From: an uncultured delta proteobacterium
Lineage (GTDB): Bacteria > Desulfobacterota > Desulfobacteria > Desulfobacterales > JAFDCJ01
Direction of reading: 5' to 3'
Assembly: GCA_963769935.1 (NCBI GenBank)
Contig: CAVYNY010000020.1
Location: 288,001 to 352,000 of the forward strand
Length of the DNA: 64,000 bases
Translations under genes and position numbers: made by a program
The notes under the pieces: generated by a model
Databases searched by the model: none
The model's input: the letters and a program-made list of their open reading frames with translations, nothing else
What the model was told of the DNA's origin: nothing
In this document: piece by piece, positions 32,033-42,060 of the stretch
How the letters are laid out: each line of letters begins with the position of its first letter
Numbering within the stretch: the first letter of the stretch is position 1

Positions 32033-32362
32033 CTACTTCAGAATTATCTTAAATACCATTACGGGATCTTTCGGAGCCGCTTTATAAATTACCTCTTTGC
32101 GCGGAGCCGGACGCCAATGGTTGTCGGTATAATAACGATGAACGGGGACCCTGTTGTAAGCATATCTGCTGCTGTAGTTAGGGATTGGTTTAAATGGTTT
32201 GTTGTTCCAGCTGGGAGGAATCTTTTTTACTTCATAATGACCGTAAGCATTTCCCGGAGATTTATGATCCCGGTCATTCCAGTCTTGCGCAAAAGATACC
32301 CCGGAACATACAAACAACAGGGCAGCTGTGACCATCACAATTTTCTTAATTCGTTTCTTCAT
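32033..32362 (-). CDS. Exported hypothetical protein
   Basis: Signal peptide (MKKRIKK..VSFA), RBS AAGGAG, PGNAYGHY motif. Confidence 0.75.
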   Translation of the reverse strand: MKKRIKKIVMVTAALLFVCSGVSFAQDWNDRDHKSPGNAYGHYEVKKIPPSWNNKPFKPIPNYSSRYAYNRVPVHRYYTDNHWRPAPRKEVIYKAAPKDPVMVFKIILK

Positions 32363-32384
32363 GGGTTTTCTCCTTTATTAGGTT

Positions 32385-32745
32385 GAAGTTTTAATCCAAA
32401 AGACGAACCGTTTCGCAATAAAGTTTACAAAAAAATAAAGGACGGTTTTGACCGGTTCCGCAGCGACTTGCCGCTGAACAAATACTGCCGCCTGGAGTTT
32501 CGTGCAGGTGCGATTATCGGACCGAATGCAATTGCGTTTCCCGGCGGCATTATTGTTAAAACGGATGAAATGGTAGAATCTGCAGCAGAGATGGAAGAGG
32601 TGCTGGCTAGGCTTGCCCACGAGATCGGACATGTTGAGCATCGCCATACCATGAGGAATGTGTTGCAGAATTCTGCAATTGGCGTTGTCGTTGCAACGAT
32701 CACCTCTGATGCGGCATCGCTCGGTGCTGCCGTGGCAATAATACG
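32385..32745 (+). pseudogene. Internal fragment of M48 family metallopeptidase
   Basis: PNAIAFPGG...LAHEIGHVEHRH. Both ends are missing. Confidence 0.8.
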
Positions 32746-32763
32746 TGATCCTCTGGATACTGG

Positions 32764-33057
32764 TTATTTTTTGCTCGGTAGGAATTCGATGGTGTACGGT
32801 TCCAGGCCTTGAGGATAAGCTTGAGCCAACTTTGCCAATATGGCGGCGAGTTTGCTGAACTCGGACCCTGGTATGGTGTGAGGAATAATGATAAGCCCCT
32901 TGTGGGGTTTCAGGGCTTCAAAGAATTGCACCGTTAAAGTGATAAAGTCATTCCTGTTGCGGGTCACCATCACCCGTTCTTCGGCGGCTGCAAATGAGAG
33001 TTGCTCCTCATCGGATGCTTCCAGCCTACCGGTTTCATGGGCACTGGCCGCATCCAT
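32764..33057 (-). pseudogene. DUF5615 family PIN-like protein, N-terminally truncated
   Basis: SDEEQL.FA..E.RVMVTRNRNDF...H.GLII. The N-terminal LDE motif is absent. Confidence 0.7.
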
Positions 33058-33334
33058 TCCCTTTTATGGACAGAGCAAGTCCCATGTTGGCGTATACCAT
33101 ATCTTGGGGCGTTTAATTGTTTGACAAACAAGTAGCCGTTTGCCATACAATGGCCTCCAGAAAGCAAGTTCCTATATTTCAAGATTCAATTTTGCCCCCG
33201 CGGGGGAAGACCGGTAAACGGATCGCCAAGCAGCCTATCTATTGTGTGTGCCGCGGTCGATGGCGACAAGGGGAAAAAAATATGGATTCCAAGATAAGTC
33301 CATAAAATTGTGCCATCTGGAGGAAGGAGGATAC

Positions 33335-33967
33335 ATGTCTGAAATCCCTTTAGGTGCAGAGGTCGAGTGTCTGGACGGACATTGCGGCAAGACCATTTCG
33401 ATCATCATCAATCCTACCAATAAAAACGTCACCCACATCGTCGTGCGTGACAAGACACTTGGCGACGAGGACGAACGTTTGATTCCTATTGAACACCTCG
33501 GAGAATGCACAGAGAAGCAGGTCCGGCTGAACATTCGCAGAGACGAGATGGCCGGCATGGATCCGTTTGTCAAAACCCGCTATCGCAAGATAAAAAATAT
33601 CGACTTCATGGAAAGTTACATCGGTCATGATTTCGATCTTTACCTCTTGCCCTACGCGACCCCCATGAAAACCGACTACATCCCGGTCGATGAAAAACAG
33701 ATCCCACCGGGCGAACTGGCGGTTTACCGTGGAGCACGAGTGAAAGCCACGGATGGCATGGTCGGAATGCTGGGCGAATTCCTTGTCAATCCGTTAACCG
33801 GCCATATCTCAAGCTTGATTTTGATGGAAGGGCACCTGTGGGGGAAAAAAGAGGTGTCGATACCCGTATCGGCCATCGATCGCATCGAGGAGGACACCGT
33901 TTACCTCAAGCTCGACAAAAAAGCCGTTGAATCATTGCCTTCGGAGCCGGTGCGGCGGCACTGGTAA
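33335..33967 (+). CDS. PRC-barrel domain protein (two barrels)
   Basis: RBS GGAGG. IPLGAEVEC.DG..G, VTHIVV, GARVKATDG, GHLWGKKEVSIPVSAI. Confidence 0.88.
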   Translation: MSEIPLGAEVECLDGHCGKTISIIINPTNKNVTHIVVRDKTLGDEDERLIPIEHLGECTEKQVRLNIRRDEMAGMDPFVKTRYRKIKNIDFMESYIGHDFDLYLLPYATPMKTDYIPVDEKQIPPGELAVYRGARVKATDGMVGMLGEFLVNPLTGHISSLILMEGHLWGKKEVSIPVSAIDRIEEDTVYLKLDKKAVESLPSEPVRRHW

Positions 33968-33978
33968 TTTAAGCCCGA
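33405..33978 (+). repeat. 574-bp direct repeat, copy 1 (copy 2 at 39568..40141)
   Basis: Near-identical at offset 6163; three substitutions seen by eye. Confidence 0.92.
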
Positions 33979-34242
33979 GCCGTCAGCGGAGCGTTGTCTT
34001 GGCAAGATCAATTATTTGCTTTCTGGCTGTCGATCAATTGATGCTCAGCAATACTTTCGTTGTCGGCCGGCTGAATTTGACACCGTCTGCCGTCAGCAAG
34101 CTTGTAAGTCGCGGGCGTCTGGAAGCGGAAACCAGAAAAATCGCTGATGATGATTTACCCAACGTTAAATAGTTATCGGCCGAACCAGAAGTTTAGGGCG
34201 TGACAGGGAATATCTGGAAACTTTTCACCAACGTTATCCCCC
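33979..34242 (+). mobile_element. RAYT-type element remnant A: transposase C-terminal HTH plus right end
   Basis: RQRSVVLARSIICFLAVDQL..LNLTPSAVSKLVSRG. Homologous to 37142-37345. Ends CTTTTCACCAACGTTATCCCC. Confidence 0.75.
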
Positions 34243-34518
34243 AGGGAACAAAATCCGTGACCTTCTATACGGACTGTTTGAACGCCATTATTTTCAAATG
34301 CGAGCTTAAAGAGTTCCTGAAAGGCTCACGTTCGGAACATCTCCGTCATTCCGCGCAATTATCACTGCAAAAAGCTGATTATTTCCGCGCAAAAAGGGCT
34401 GCAGGCGGCTCGCCAAGTTGCTCTGTCTCAAATAACAGCGGACCAACGACGCCTGCGACAGATCGTATTGAATTTTTAAGGAATTAGAAAGGACCTGACA
34501 TTTTAATTGGGGGCGATT

Positions 34519-35085
34519 TTAGAAAACTAGATGTTCTTCTATGAGTAGCTGTTCAGCGGCGTAATGGGCTACAGCCTGGGCTAGCCAGTTCGGCTGATGA
34601 GCGTCCGAACTGATGACAAACTTGAATCGATTTGTGAATGGACCATAGTACTGCTTCCAGTCAGTACGCCAGATGTATCGGTTATTGATCTCAATCAAGC
34701 ATTCAGAGGGCACCTGGTTTAGGTCGGTGTGAAAAACGTTGGGATGCGCGATAATGACTGGCTTGCCGGTTGTGAGCAATTTTTCCAGAGAACGATAGTT
34801 GACATTCTGATCCCGACAGTGAAAAATGTAATAATCGACATCATAACTTACTGCTTCATCGACCCAAGGATGTCCGTCCACTTCGACGCCAACTTTCAAT
34901 CCGAATTGGCGAATTTCTTTTTCGTAAGCTTCAAAATTTCCGTTCACTAGGCATTCCAAATGGTCGCTGATGCCAACGATGATAGCATGCTTGACAGCAG
35001 CGACGAGGGCAACGGTCTGCTCGGGCACCACTGAGTTGTCGCTTGTCGAGTACGTGGTATGAATATGCAAGTCTTGTTGCAGCAT
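34519..35085 (-). CDS. PHP domain protein
   Basis: DLHIHT, ISDH, AHP and SSDAH metal-binding motifs. Confidence 0.88.
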   Translation of the reverse strand: MLQQDLHIHTTYSTSDNSVVPEQTVALVAAVKHAIIVGISDHLECLVNGNFEAYEKEIRQFGLKVGVEVDGHPWVDEAVSYDVDYYIFHCRDQNVNYRSLEKLLTTGKPVIIAHPNVFHTDLNQVPSECLIEINNRYIWRTDWKQYYGPFTNRFKFVISSDAHQPNWLAQAVAHYAAEQLLIEEHLVF

Positions 35086-35149
35086 CTTTATTCACGACCG
35101 AAAGCAGAGATAACCGCTGAGTGCTTATTGTATGAATCTCCACGCTGCA

Positions 35150-35353
35150 TCAACATGGCCTCGGCAATGTAAAACTTTGCATAGTCGGCACGCGAGGCCG
35201 CAAAATCGTAATAGCCATGTCCGATCCCTCAACAGCATCTTTCCGGGCCTGTGAGCCATATAAAACAATTAAATCCGCATCATTGCCTAAAGTCTCAGCA
35301 AGCCGGCCTCGATATTCTCTAACTATTAGATTTAAGCGTTCCTGAGAAATCAC
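35150..35353 (-). pseudogene. Minimal nucleotidyltransferase (MNT), truncated
   Basis: LYGSQAR....SD, then similarity is lost. Confidence 0.65.
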
Positions 35354-35554
35354 TTAGCCCATCCGTATGCGGCAAATCCAATGATAGTCGCCCCGTACAG
35401 TCGAAATCTCTAACTTTCTTAGCTTAAATGAGATTGAACAAATGGTCAATAGGAGATGCGTTTAAGCGCGGCTCTAAAACATCCTATGGATCAATGTAAT
35501 GTTGCGATGTTTTTAAAAATAGTTAAAGATTTCACCTGACATAGATAATAAATA

Positions 35555-35582
35555 GACGCTCCATCAAAGGTAATGGAGCGTC
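35555..35582 (-). terminator. Hairpin terminator after the DUF932-like remnant
   Basis: GACGCTCCA-N10-TGGAGCGTC. Confidence 0.5.
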
Positions 35583-35589
35583 AATACAT

Positions 35590-35745
35590 TTATACACTAT
35601 CCCCAGCACCTCACCACCAACCTTCTGCAACCTTTAACTGTGCTCCGCCGGCAATCCATCCATCGCAGCCGCCCGGGTATATGTATTAACCACATGAAAC
35701 ATCGTATCTCCGACTGCTTGCGGCCATGCCCCTTTTTAACCATCT
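35590..35745 (-). pseudogene. C-terminal remnant of DUF932-like gene (paralogue of 36502..36985)
   Basis: AWPQAVGDTMFHVVNTYTRAA...S*RLQKVGGEVLG aligns with WAWPQEAGYNMFAVVNTYTRAA...LQRVGGNILG. Confidence 0.75.
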
Positions 35746-35808
35746 CAATTTTTGACCTTTTTTGAGTTCAATCTCTTCCGCATCAAAATTTACACATAAA
35801 CAGGTGTT

Positions 35809-36156
35809 TCATTTGTCATAATGTTGTTCTCCTTTAAGTTTGCTTTTTATATATTCAGTATCGCGCCTCTCCTGCAGGGTTGCCCCATATCCACGGTCAA
35901 ATGACGAGCCCTCCAATTCTTTGCACCACACAATTTTAACATCCACTAACTGAGTTCCTTCATTAGACTGTTTTTCAATCAAAATGGAAATATTATCGCC
36001 TTGTTGTAAGTCCACATTGGATTCGAAATACAATCCCCGCTTACTGTAGTTGCAGACCTCTCCTCTGAAAAATAAATCGTCAGCATCAGTGTTGTGCAGG
36101 GCAGCCTTATTGCACTTGAACCGCCCATTCTTCCTGCGTTCGACAATTTTACCCAT
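35809..36156 (-). CDS. PilZ domain protein
   Basis: ERRKNGR (RxxxR), NYSKRG (D/NxSxxG), IVWC. Confidence 0.82.
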   Translation of the reverse strand: MGKIVERRKNGRFKCNKAALHNTDADDLFFRGEVCNYSKRGLYFESNVDLQQGDNISILIEKQSNEGTQLVDVKIVWCKELEGSSFDRGYGATLQERRDTEYIKSKLKGEQHYDK

Positions 36157-36501
36157 GGCCCCATCCTCTCCCCTTAGCCCTACTGATAGAGTCTTTTCTC
36201 ATTATATCGTGGCAGAACCGTTCAAATTGGTATAGTCGTTAAGATTTTCTAAACAATACACAATTGCATCAGCCGCCATGATGCACTTCCTTCATGCTGG
36301 CTAACTTGGTTAATCGATATTATTAATTGGTTATTATCAATAAATATATAGAAATCATACAAATAGAACGAGATTTTTATTAAAATTAACCAACAAGAAA
36401 TTGATACCGGTGCTATTAATCAGTACTGCTGATAAATACTTTATAAAAATAGAGGAAAAAAATTGCCTCTCAACCTTGCTGATGAGACAATTTTTTTAAT
36501 A

Positions 36502-36985
36502 TCATTGAAGCATACCCAAAATGTTCCCTCCAACTCGCTGCAGCTGATAAGAATTCTCAACAGACAACTCTTTAAACTGAGCCGCCCTCGTATAAGTATT
36601 GACTACAGCAAACATATTATAACCTGCCTCTTGCGGCCAGGCCCATTCCACGGCATCCTTTATACCCGGCGTCATTTTATCGCCATTGACCTGAAATGTT
36701 TGTTTGCCGCCAGGAATTGATAACAACATAAACTCGCCGTCCAGATGGCATTGAACCTGAGTGCCGGGACCATAACCCATATCATCCAATCGGGTCATCA
36801 CCTCGAAATTGTCCACGGGTTTGTAACGGGGTGTAAATATTGCCCGCACCTCCGGACCATCAAACCGGAAAAACAGTTGCTCATTTTTTTCGTGCTCAAT
36901 CCAGTGATTCATCTGAAGCGCCTGCAGATCGGCTGGGCATTTCGACAGATAATTGAAGGGAATCCCCAGTCTCCAGGCAATTGAT
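36502..36985 (-). pseudogene. DUF932-like mobile-element protein, 5'-truncated and internally deleted
   Basis: RLGIPFNYLSKCP, VRAIFTPRYKPVDN; abrupt join GDKMTPGI|KDAVEW. Confidence 0.65.
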
Positions 36986-37000
36986 CTATGTAAAGAGAGG

Positions 37001-37346
37001 ATGGGGACGTGGGTGCAAGGGTGACATATATGATTATTTATGTAAGGTAAGCTTATGCCACGAAAAGCACGCATAGATGCGCTGGGAGCGCTTCATCACA
37101 TCGTCATTCGCGGTATCGAAAGGAAACCGATATTCAAAGATTCAATTGATGCTCAGCAATACTTTCGTTGCCGGCCGACTGAATTTGATACCGTCTGCCG
37201 TCCGCAAGCTTGTAAGCCGTGGGCGTCTGGAAGCGGAAACCAGTAAAATCGCTGATAATGATCTACCCAACGTGAAATAGTCAACTTCCGAACGAGAAGC
37301 TTGGGCCGTGACTGGGAATATCTGGAAACTTTTCACCAACGTTCCA
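37001..37346 (+). mobile_element. Internally deleted RAYT (REP-associated Y1 transposase) mini-element B with both ends
   Basis: MPRKARIDALGALHHIVIRGIERKPIF (RAYT N-terminus) fused out of frame to the C-terminal QLMLSN..SAVRKLVSRG. Ends GGGGACGTGGGTG / CACCAACGTTCC. Confidence 0.8.
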
Positions 37347-37401
37347 ATTGTCCCGGGGTGGTATCGGACCTGTTTCGCCAACCGGGGTCTTATAGAGGAC
37401 G

Positions 37402-38121
37402 TCAGGACCTGTTCAGCACCTGGATAATATACTGATACATATCCCCGGCCTGCTGATCGGAAAGCACGTGGCTCGGATAAGCAGGCATGGGAGCTCTGGG
37501 ATTTCTTATCCAGGCCAGGAAAGTTTTGAAATCCTCTGTTTTAGACGAGTGCTTCACCGGAAGCTCCGGCTTGATCACATTGCCGCCATTGGCGTGGCAC
37601 CCGCCGCAGTTGGCAGTGTAAAGCTCCCGACCCGGCTGGTAATCCTTGAGCTGACCGTTTTCTACGCCGGCCGGTGCGGCCTTTTCCCCGTAAACCAGTT
37701 CTCCGCCAAAAAATCCCAGACCAGCCACCGTCAACAGGCAGAGTGCATATACGGCGATCATACCATTTGATTCAGACCCCCGACGGAGACCGATAAAGAC
37801 TCCAACCGCCAGTAAAATCACCAGCACCGCCGCCAGCATGAATTTCATTTTGAATGGAAATAGCAATGCCCCGGCGTAAAAGTGCCGCCAGTCCATAAAA
37901 CCTGAAATGACTGTGGGTAGAATCCATATCATGGCAATAATCATGCAATACCAACCCGCTCGGCTCAGCATGGTTTGATGGCGCACTTTCCCCCATACGG
38001 CCAGAATGAAGGCGCCAAAAATCAAGCCTACAGGGAAATGGACCTGGGTGGGATGAAACGGATGACGGTAACCCAACTGGTTTATCAGTGTGTAGAAGAA
38101 AGAAATGCTTGAGTCGATCAT
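37402..38121 (-). CDS. DUF2231-like membrane domain fused to class I cytochrome c
   Basis: HPFHPTQVHFP, 4 TM, GGELVYG, CGGCH heme motif, distal MP. Confidence 0.85.
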   Translation of the reverse strand: MIDSSISFFYTLINQLGYRHPFHPTQVHFPVGLIFGAFILAVWGKVRHQTMLSRAGWYCMIIAMIWILPTVISGFMDWRHFYAGALLFPFKMKFMLAAVLVILLAVGVFIGLRRGSESNGMIAVYALCLLTVAGLGFFGGELVYGEKAAPAGVENGQLKDYQPGRELYTANCGGCHANGGNVIKPELPVKHSSKTEDFKTFLAWIRNPRAPMPAYPSHVLSDQQAGDMYQYIIQVLNRS

Positions 38122-38294
38122 TTCATGAAACTCCGTGACAGTTTCTGGATATGCAAGTGCAGTTGCCAACTGTCCAACCCCGTCTTTCGGAGAAGCTGGT
38201 TTTTACAGGACGACCGCAATTCTCCGGAACGGATGTCATGCCGATGGGATCTGCCGAGCGATTTGAGGTCGGCAGGTCCCACCAGGCTATCCTG

Positions 38295-38927
38295 TTAATT
38301 AACCGCCTGGTATAAGGCTGCCGGGGTGCCGCAAACCGGACAGGCTGCAAATGAGGGTTTGCCTTCCACCGTAAAGCCGCAGGTCGGGCACACATAAAAA
38401 TTCGTTTTCGGTACTTTCCAATTGGCAAGATCGGCCAGAGCCGTTTGATAGAGCTTGGCATGTTCGGCCTCCGCCGCTTTGGCATAAGTAAAGGTCCGGA
38501 CCGCATCCGCATTATTTTCTTTTTCCGCCTGGGTGATAAACTCCGGGTACATGGTGGATCGTTCGTAGGATTCGCCTTTTACCGCATCTTCCAAATTTTC
38601 CTTTGTGGATTTGACGGCAGGCAGCTTTATATCCGCTTTGGGGGTTCCGCCCATGCTTTCAATCACCCGGGCATGGTTTGTGAGGTGGATTTTTTCGGCG
38701 CTGGCCGCAGCACGAAACAGGCTGGCCACTTTACCATAGCCTTCTGTATCGGCCTTTTCGGCATATGCCAGGTATTTGGCGTGAGCATTGCTCTCACCGT
38801 TGTAAGCGGCCATGAGATTGTCAAGGGTTTTGTTTTGGGCTGCACCGGACGGCGCTGCAATTATCATGGCCAGACTGAACATCACCAAAAAAATTAGAGC
38901 GAAACGTATAAGCCGGATGTTTTTCAT
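38295..38927 (-). CDS. Rubrerythrin with N-terminal signal peptide
   Basis: GES.A..KY, E.IH, GE.YE..MY, EAEH, C-terminal CPTCG..CPVCG. Signal MKNIRLIRFALIFLVMFSLAMIIAAPSGA. Confidence 0.92.
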   Translation of the reverse strand: MKNIRLIRFALIFLVMFSLAMIIAAPSGAAQNKTLDNLMAAYNGESNAHAKYLAYAEKADTEGYGKVASLFRAAASAEKIHLTNHARVIESMGGTPKADIKLPAVKSTKENLEDAVKGESYERSTMYPEFITQAEKENNADAVRTFTYAKAAEAEHAKLYQTALADLANWKVPKTNFYVCPTCGFTVEGKPSFAACPVCGTPAALYQAVN

Positions 38928-39439
38928 TTTGTACCTCCTTTAATCGAATGAAAGTGAACTCTTTTCTCCCTGGTGATCGGTAAAACCTTTCCGGGTCCCC
39001 CTACCGGAAGTAATGGCTTAACATCGGAGTCATTATAGTAAAAAATCTCCTGACAAACCGTTTGCAAACCCGCGCCCCCAATGCCTGGGGTGCCGATATC
39101 CGGCAACCTGGTCGAAAGTCTCCGATCAGGGGTGTGAACCCCTTGTGGTGCTGGAGCGTCTTTGAGGTGCGTTGCAATGACAAATAGTGGAGCTTAATTT
39201 ATCCGTCGAGAGGAAGGTGTCCTAATTTTAAATGGGTTATGCTTGGGTGTCAATATCAATTTCAATATCTAAGGGCAATGTTCATGGTGCTCCTTGCGAG
39301 TACAAGGGATGTCGGTAATTCGCACAGGGGTCCGGCCGTTGAGCCATCTCAGGATTTTTTTTGCAAGTTCGGCCGAGGAGGTGCCGGCGGCATTGAATGT
39401 CAGATATCCGGCGATCTCGAGCCTTGCAGCCGTGCGTGA

Positions 39440-39494
39440 ATGGGGACGTGGGTGAAAGATTGTCATATACGATTCTTTTTGTAAGGTAAGCTTA
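39440..39494 (+). mobile_element. RAYT-type element remnant C: isolated left end
   Basis: ATGGGGACGTGGGTGAAAG...GTAAGGTAAGCTTA matches 37001-37055 up to the start codon. Confidence 0.75.
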
Positions 39495-39567
39495 ATTCAC
39501 TTATCGCTTTATTTGTTTCTTTTCTGCTTATAGAAATGTCTGCTGATTCATATATTAAAATTTTATC

Positions 39568-40141
39568 TCATCAATCCTACCAATAAAAACGTCACCCACA
39601 TCGTCGTGCGTGACAAGACACTTGGCGACGAGGACGAACGTTTGATTCCTATTGAACACCTCGGAGAATGCACAGAGAAGCAGGTCCGGCTGAACATTCG
39701 CAGAGACGAGATGGCCGGCATGGATCCGTTTGTCAAAACCCGCTATCGCAAGATAAAAAATATCGACTTCATGGAAAGTTACATCGGTCATGATTTCGAT
39801 CTTTACCTCTTGCCCTACGCGACCCCCATGAAAACCGACTACATCCCGGTCGATGAAAAACAGATCCCACCGGGCGAACTGGCGGTTTACCGTGGAGCAC
39901 GAGTGAAAGCCACGGATGGCATGGTCGGAATGCTGGGCGAGTTCCTTGTCAATCCGTTAACCGGCCATATCTCAAGCTTGATTTTGATGGAAGGGCACCT
40001 GTGGGGGAAAAAAGAGGTGTCGATACCCGTATCGGCCATCGATCGCATCGAGGAGGACACCGTTTACCTCAAGCTCGACAAAAAAACCGTTGAATCATTG
40101 CCTTCGGAGCCGGTTCGGCGGCACTGGTAATTTAAGCCCGA
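39568..40141 (+). pseudogene. 5'-truncated duplicate of the PRC-barrel gene (direct repeat copy 2)
   Basis: Near-identical to 33405..33978; lacks the first ~23 codons. Confidence 0.9.
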
Positions 40142-40212
40142 AAATGTCATGCGTCGAGGATAAGCAGTCTCAACACCAATAGACCGAATCATTTCGAAAG
40201 GAGGTAAAAACC

Positions 40213-40611
40213 ATGGCTGTTTCTTCTGAAATTCGTGACGGGATTGCTGCTGCAAATGCAAATTTTATGGATACGTTCAACCGGGGCGACGGGGCCGGAA
40301 TGGGGGCGCTTTACACAGAAAACGGGCAACTGCTTCCGCCAAACAGCGATTTTGTGTCCGGTCAGGCTGCTATCTCTGCCTTCTGGCAAGGCGCTATGGA
40401 TATGGGGATTAAAACTGCCAAGCTTGAAACCGTCGAGCTCGATGGAGAAAGAGATGCTGCCTTTGAGGTCGGAAAGTATACCCTGGGTGGCGAAGGAGGC
40501 TCGGAGATAGACTCTGGAAAATTCATAGTTGTTTGGAAAAAACAAGGCGGGAAATGGAAACTTCATCGTGATATTTGGAACAGCGGTAAACCGGCCGCCG
40601 CGTCGCCGTAA
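40213..40611 (+). CDS. YybH/DUF4440 (NTF2/SnoaL-like) protein
   Basis: FNRGD...LYTE..LLPP, GKFIVVWKKQ.G.WKLHRDIWN. RBS GGAGG. Confidence 0.9.
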   Translation: MAVSSEIRDGIAAANANFMDTFNRGDGAGMGALYTENGQLLPPNSDFVSGQAAISAFWQGAMDMGIKTAKLETVELDGERDAAFEVGKYTLGGEGGSEIDSGKFIVVWKKQGGKWKLHRDIWNSGKPAAASP

Positions 40612-40713
40612 TATTTTAGTCAAACGGCATAACAGATCCCACATGCGTTAATCCCGATGAGGTAAAGACGACCTTATGAAAATTGCATCAGGTAATTATG
40701 AAAGGAGGTTCTG

Positions 40714-41016
40714 ATGGCAACAATAATCGCTCAGAGCAGGTGGCCCACCGCAAGCTCGGAAAAACTTGCTAAGATGTGGTTGGAAATGGGTGATGTTCCG
40801 GATACGCAGAAATTGATTTGGGCTGGTACCTTGGATGATATTAAGGTCGGTGTTCAGGGTTTAGTAATTTGGCAGTGCGATGATTCCAAGATTGCTGATA
40901 CACTGTCTTGGATTAGAAAAGATTTAGTGGGATATAACGCTGTTCCAGGTTTTAGTTGCTCAGTAAATGTATGGACGGAACCGGAAGAGGCGTTAAAAGT
41001 GTTAGGAATAGTTTAG
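40714..41016 (+). CDS. Hypothetical protein
   Basis: 100-aa ORF with strong RBS AAGGAGG. Confidence 0.7.
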   Translation: MATIIAQSRWPTASSEKLAKMWLEMGDVPDTQKLIWAGTLDDIKVGVQGLVIWQCDDSKIADTLSWIRKDLVGYNAVPGFSCSVNVWTEPEEALKVLGIV

Positions 41017-42060
41017 TACAGGTCGAATTCTTTACCTCATCAGGGATTATAGGATTGGCAAAAATCGTGAAGTTTGTAAAATGATGTATGCAGTTCTCTA
41101 CACCACACATCGGGAATAAATCGAATCACCGCACTAAACGCGTTGATAACCTCTTTGGAGTGAGTTCTGTCGGAATGGATATTAGATTAGAGAACAGCAA
41201 AATTTCACCTTCTAAAGTCGGCCTCAGTTGTTATGACAATCTCGGTTGTTCAATACCTTTGATCCGAGAGGACTTATCGTAAACTCTCCTTAATCCTATG
41301 ATACCAATTTAAGATCAACTTTTTATGCAGTGTCCAGTGATATCTATTTCGGGAAATTCTCTTTTTTTTATATCGCTGGCCGTATCCACAATGTTTTTGA
41401 AAAATATTTCGATTTCGCATCTAAAAATGGAAAATTGTGTTCTGTAAGAAGCGCGAATATACGCTTAAAACTTCAACCACTATGCCTCTGATTCTCGTTA
41501 TTGCACACCATCGCTGTCATTTAATGATTCAGGCACCAAGGGAGGTGGGGGTGCCCCGGGATGAAAACTCGCTCGCTGAGATTGGGATCAATCTTTTCTT
41601 GACTTGAACCCCGGTTTTAATGGTATCTGTAAATTTGACAGAGTTGGGGTTACATTTACGTATCTGTATTTTATTGATTTTCCATATAGTCTCAATTAAA
41701 CACAACCCTCTAATATTATACGATAACTACAGGATCTGATTTGTAATCACAAATATCTGAGCAAATCTGCCGACCACAACATCCAGGGGCGCAGCAGCGG
41801 ATTAGCATTCGGTCCAAATACTGGCTATGCTAATCGCCCACCCCCACCCCTATTTTGCGTTTGTCTAATTTTTCTAAACTCTGAAACCCTTACTTGTATC
41901 TGAATAACATTGGGATTATCTTGCTTCATCCGTAAATATTTTCTTGATAATCATCAGACGATGTCTGACAAGGATTGGTTCACGAATTCAGCAGCGACGC
42001 GACCAGCAACGTGACATTATGCAAATCGCAACGTCAAAAATAACTGAAAGGAAAACAATC

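Noticed and set aside
34200..34487. ORF with HLRHSA resembling a tyrosine-recombinase box
   Set aside because: No other integrase motifs, and it starts within the RAYT right end
39269..39466. 65-aa ORF
   Set aside because: It starts inside the RAYT left end. At most it is the tail of a truncated gene of unrecognised family.
41047..41302. Possible MITE with ATTATAGGATT / AATCCTATGAT ends
   Set aside because: Only 10 of 11 bp match in AT-rich DNA, with no second copy and no target duplication
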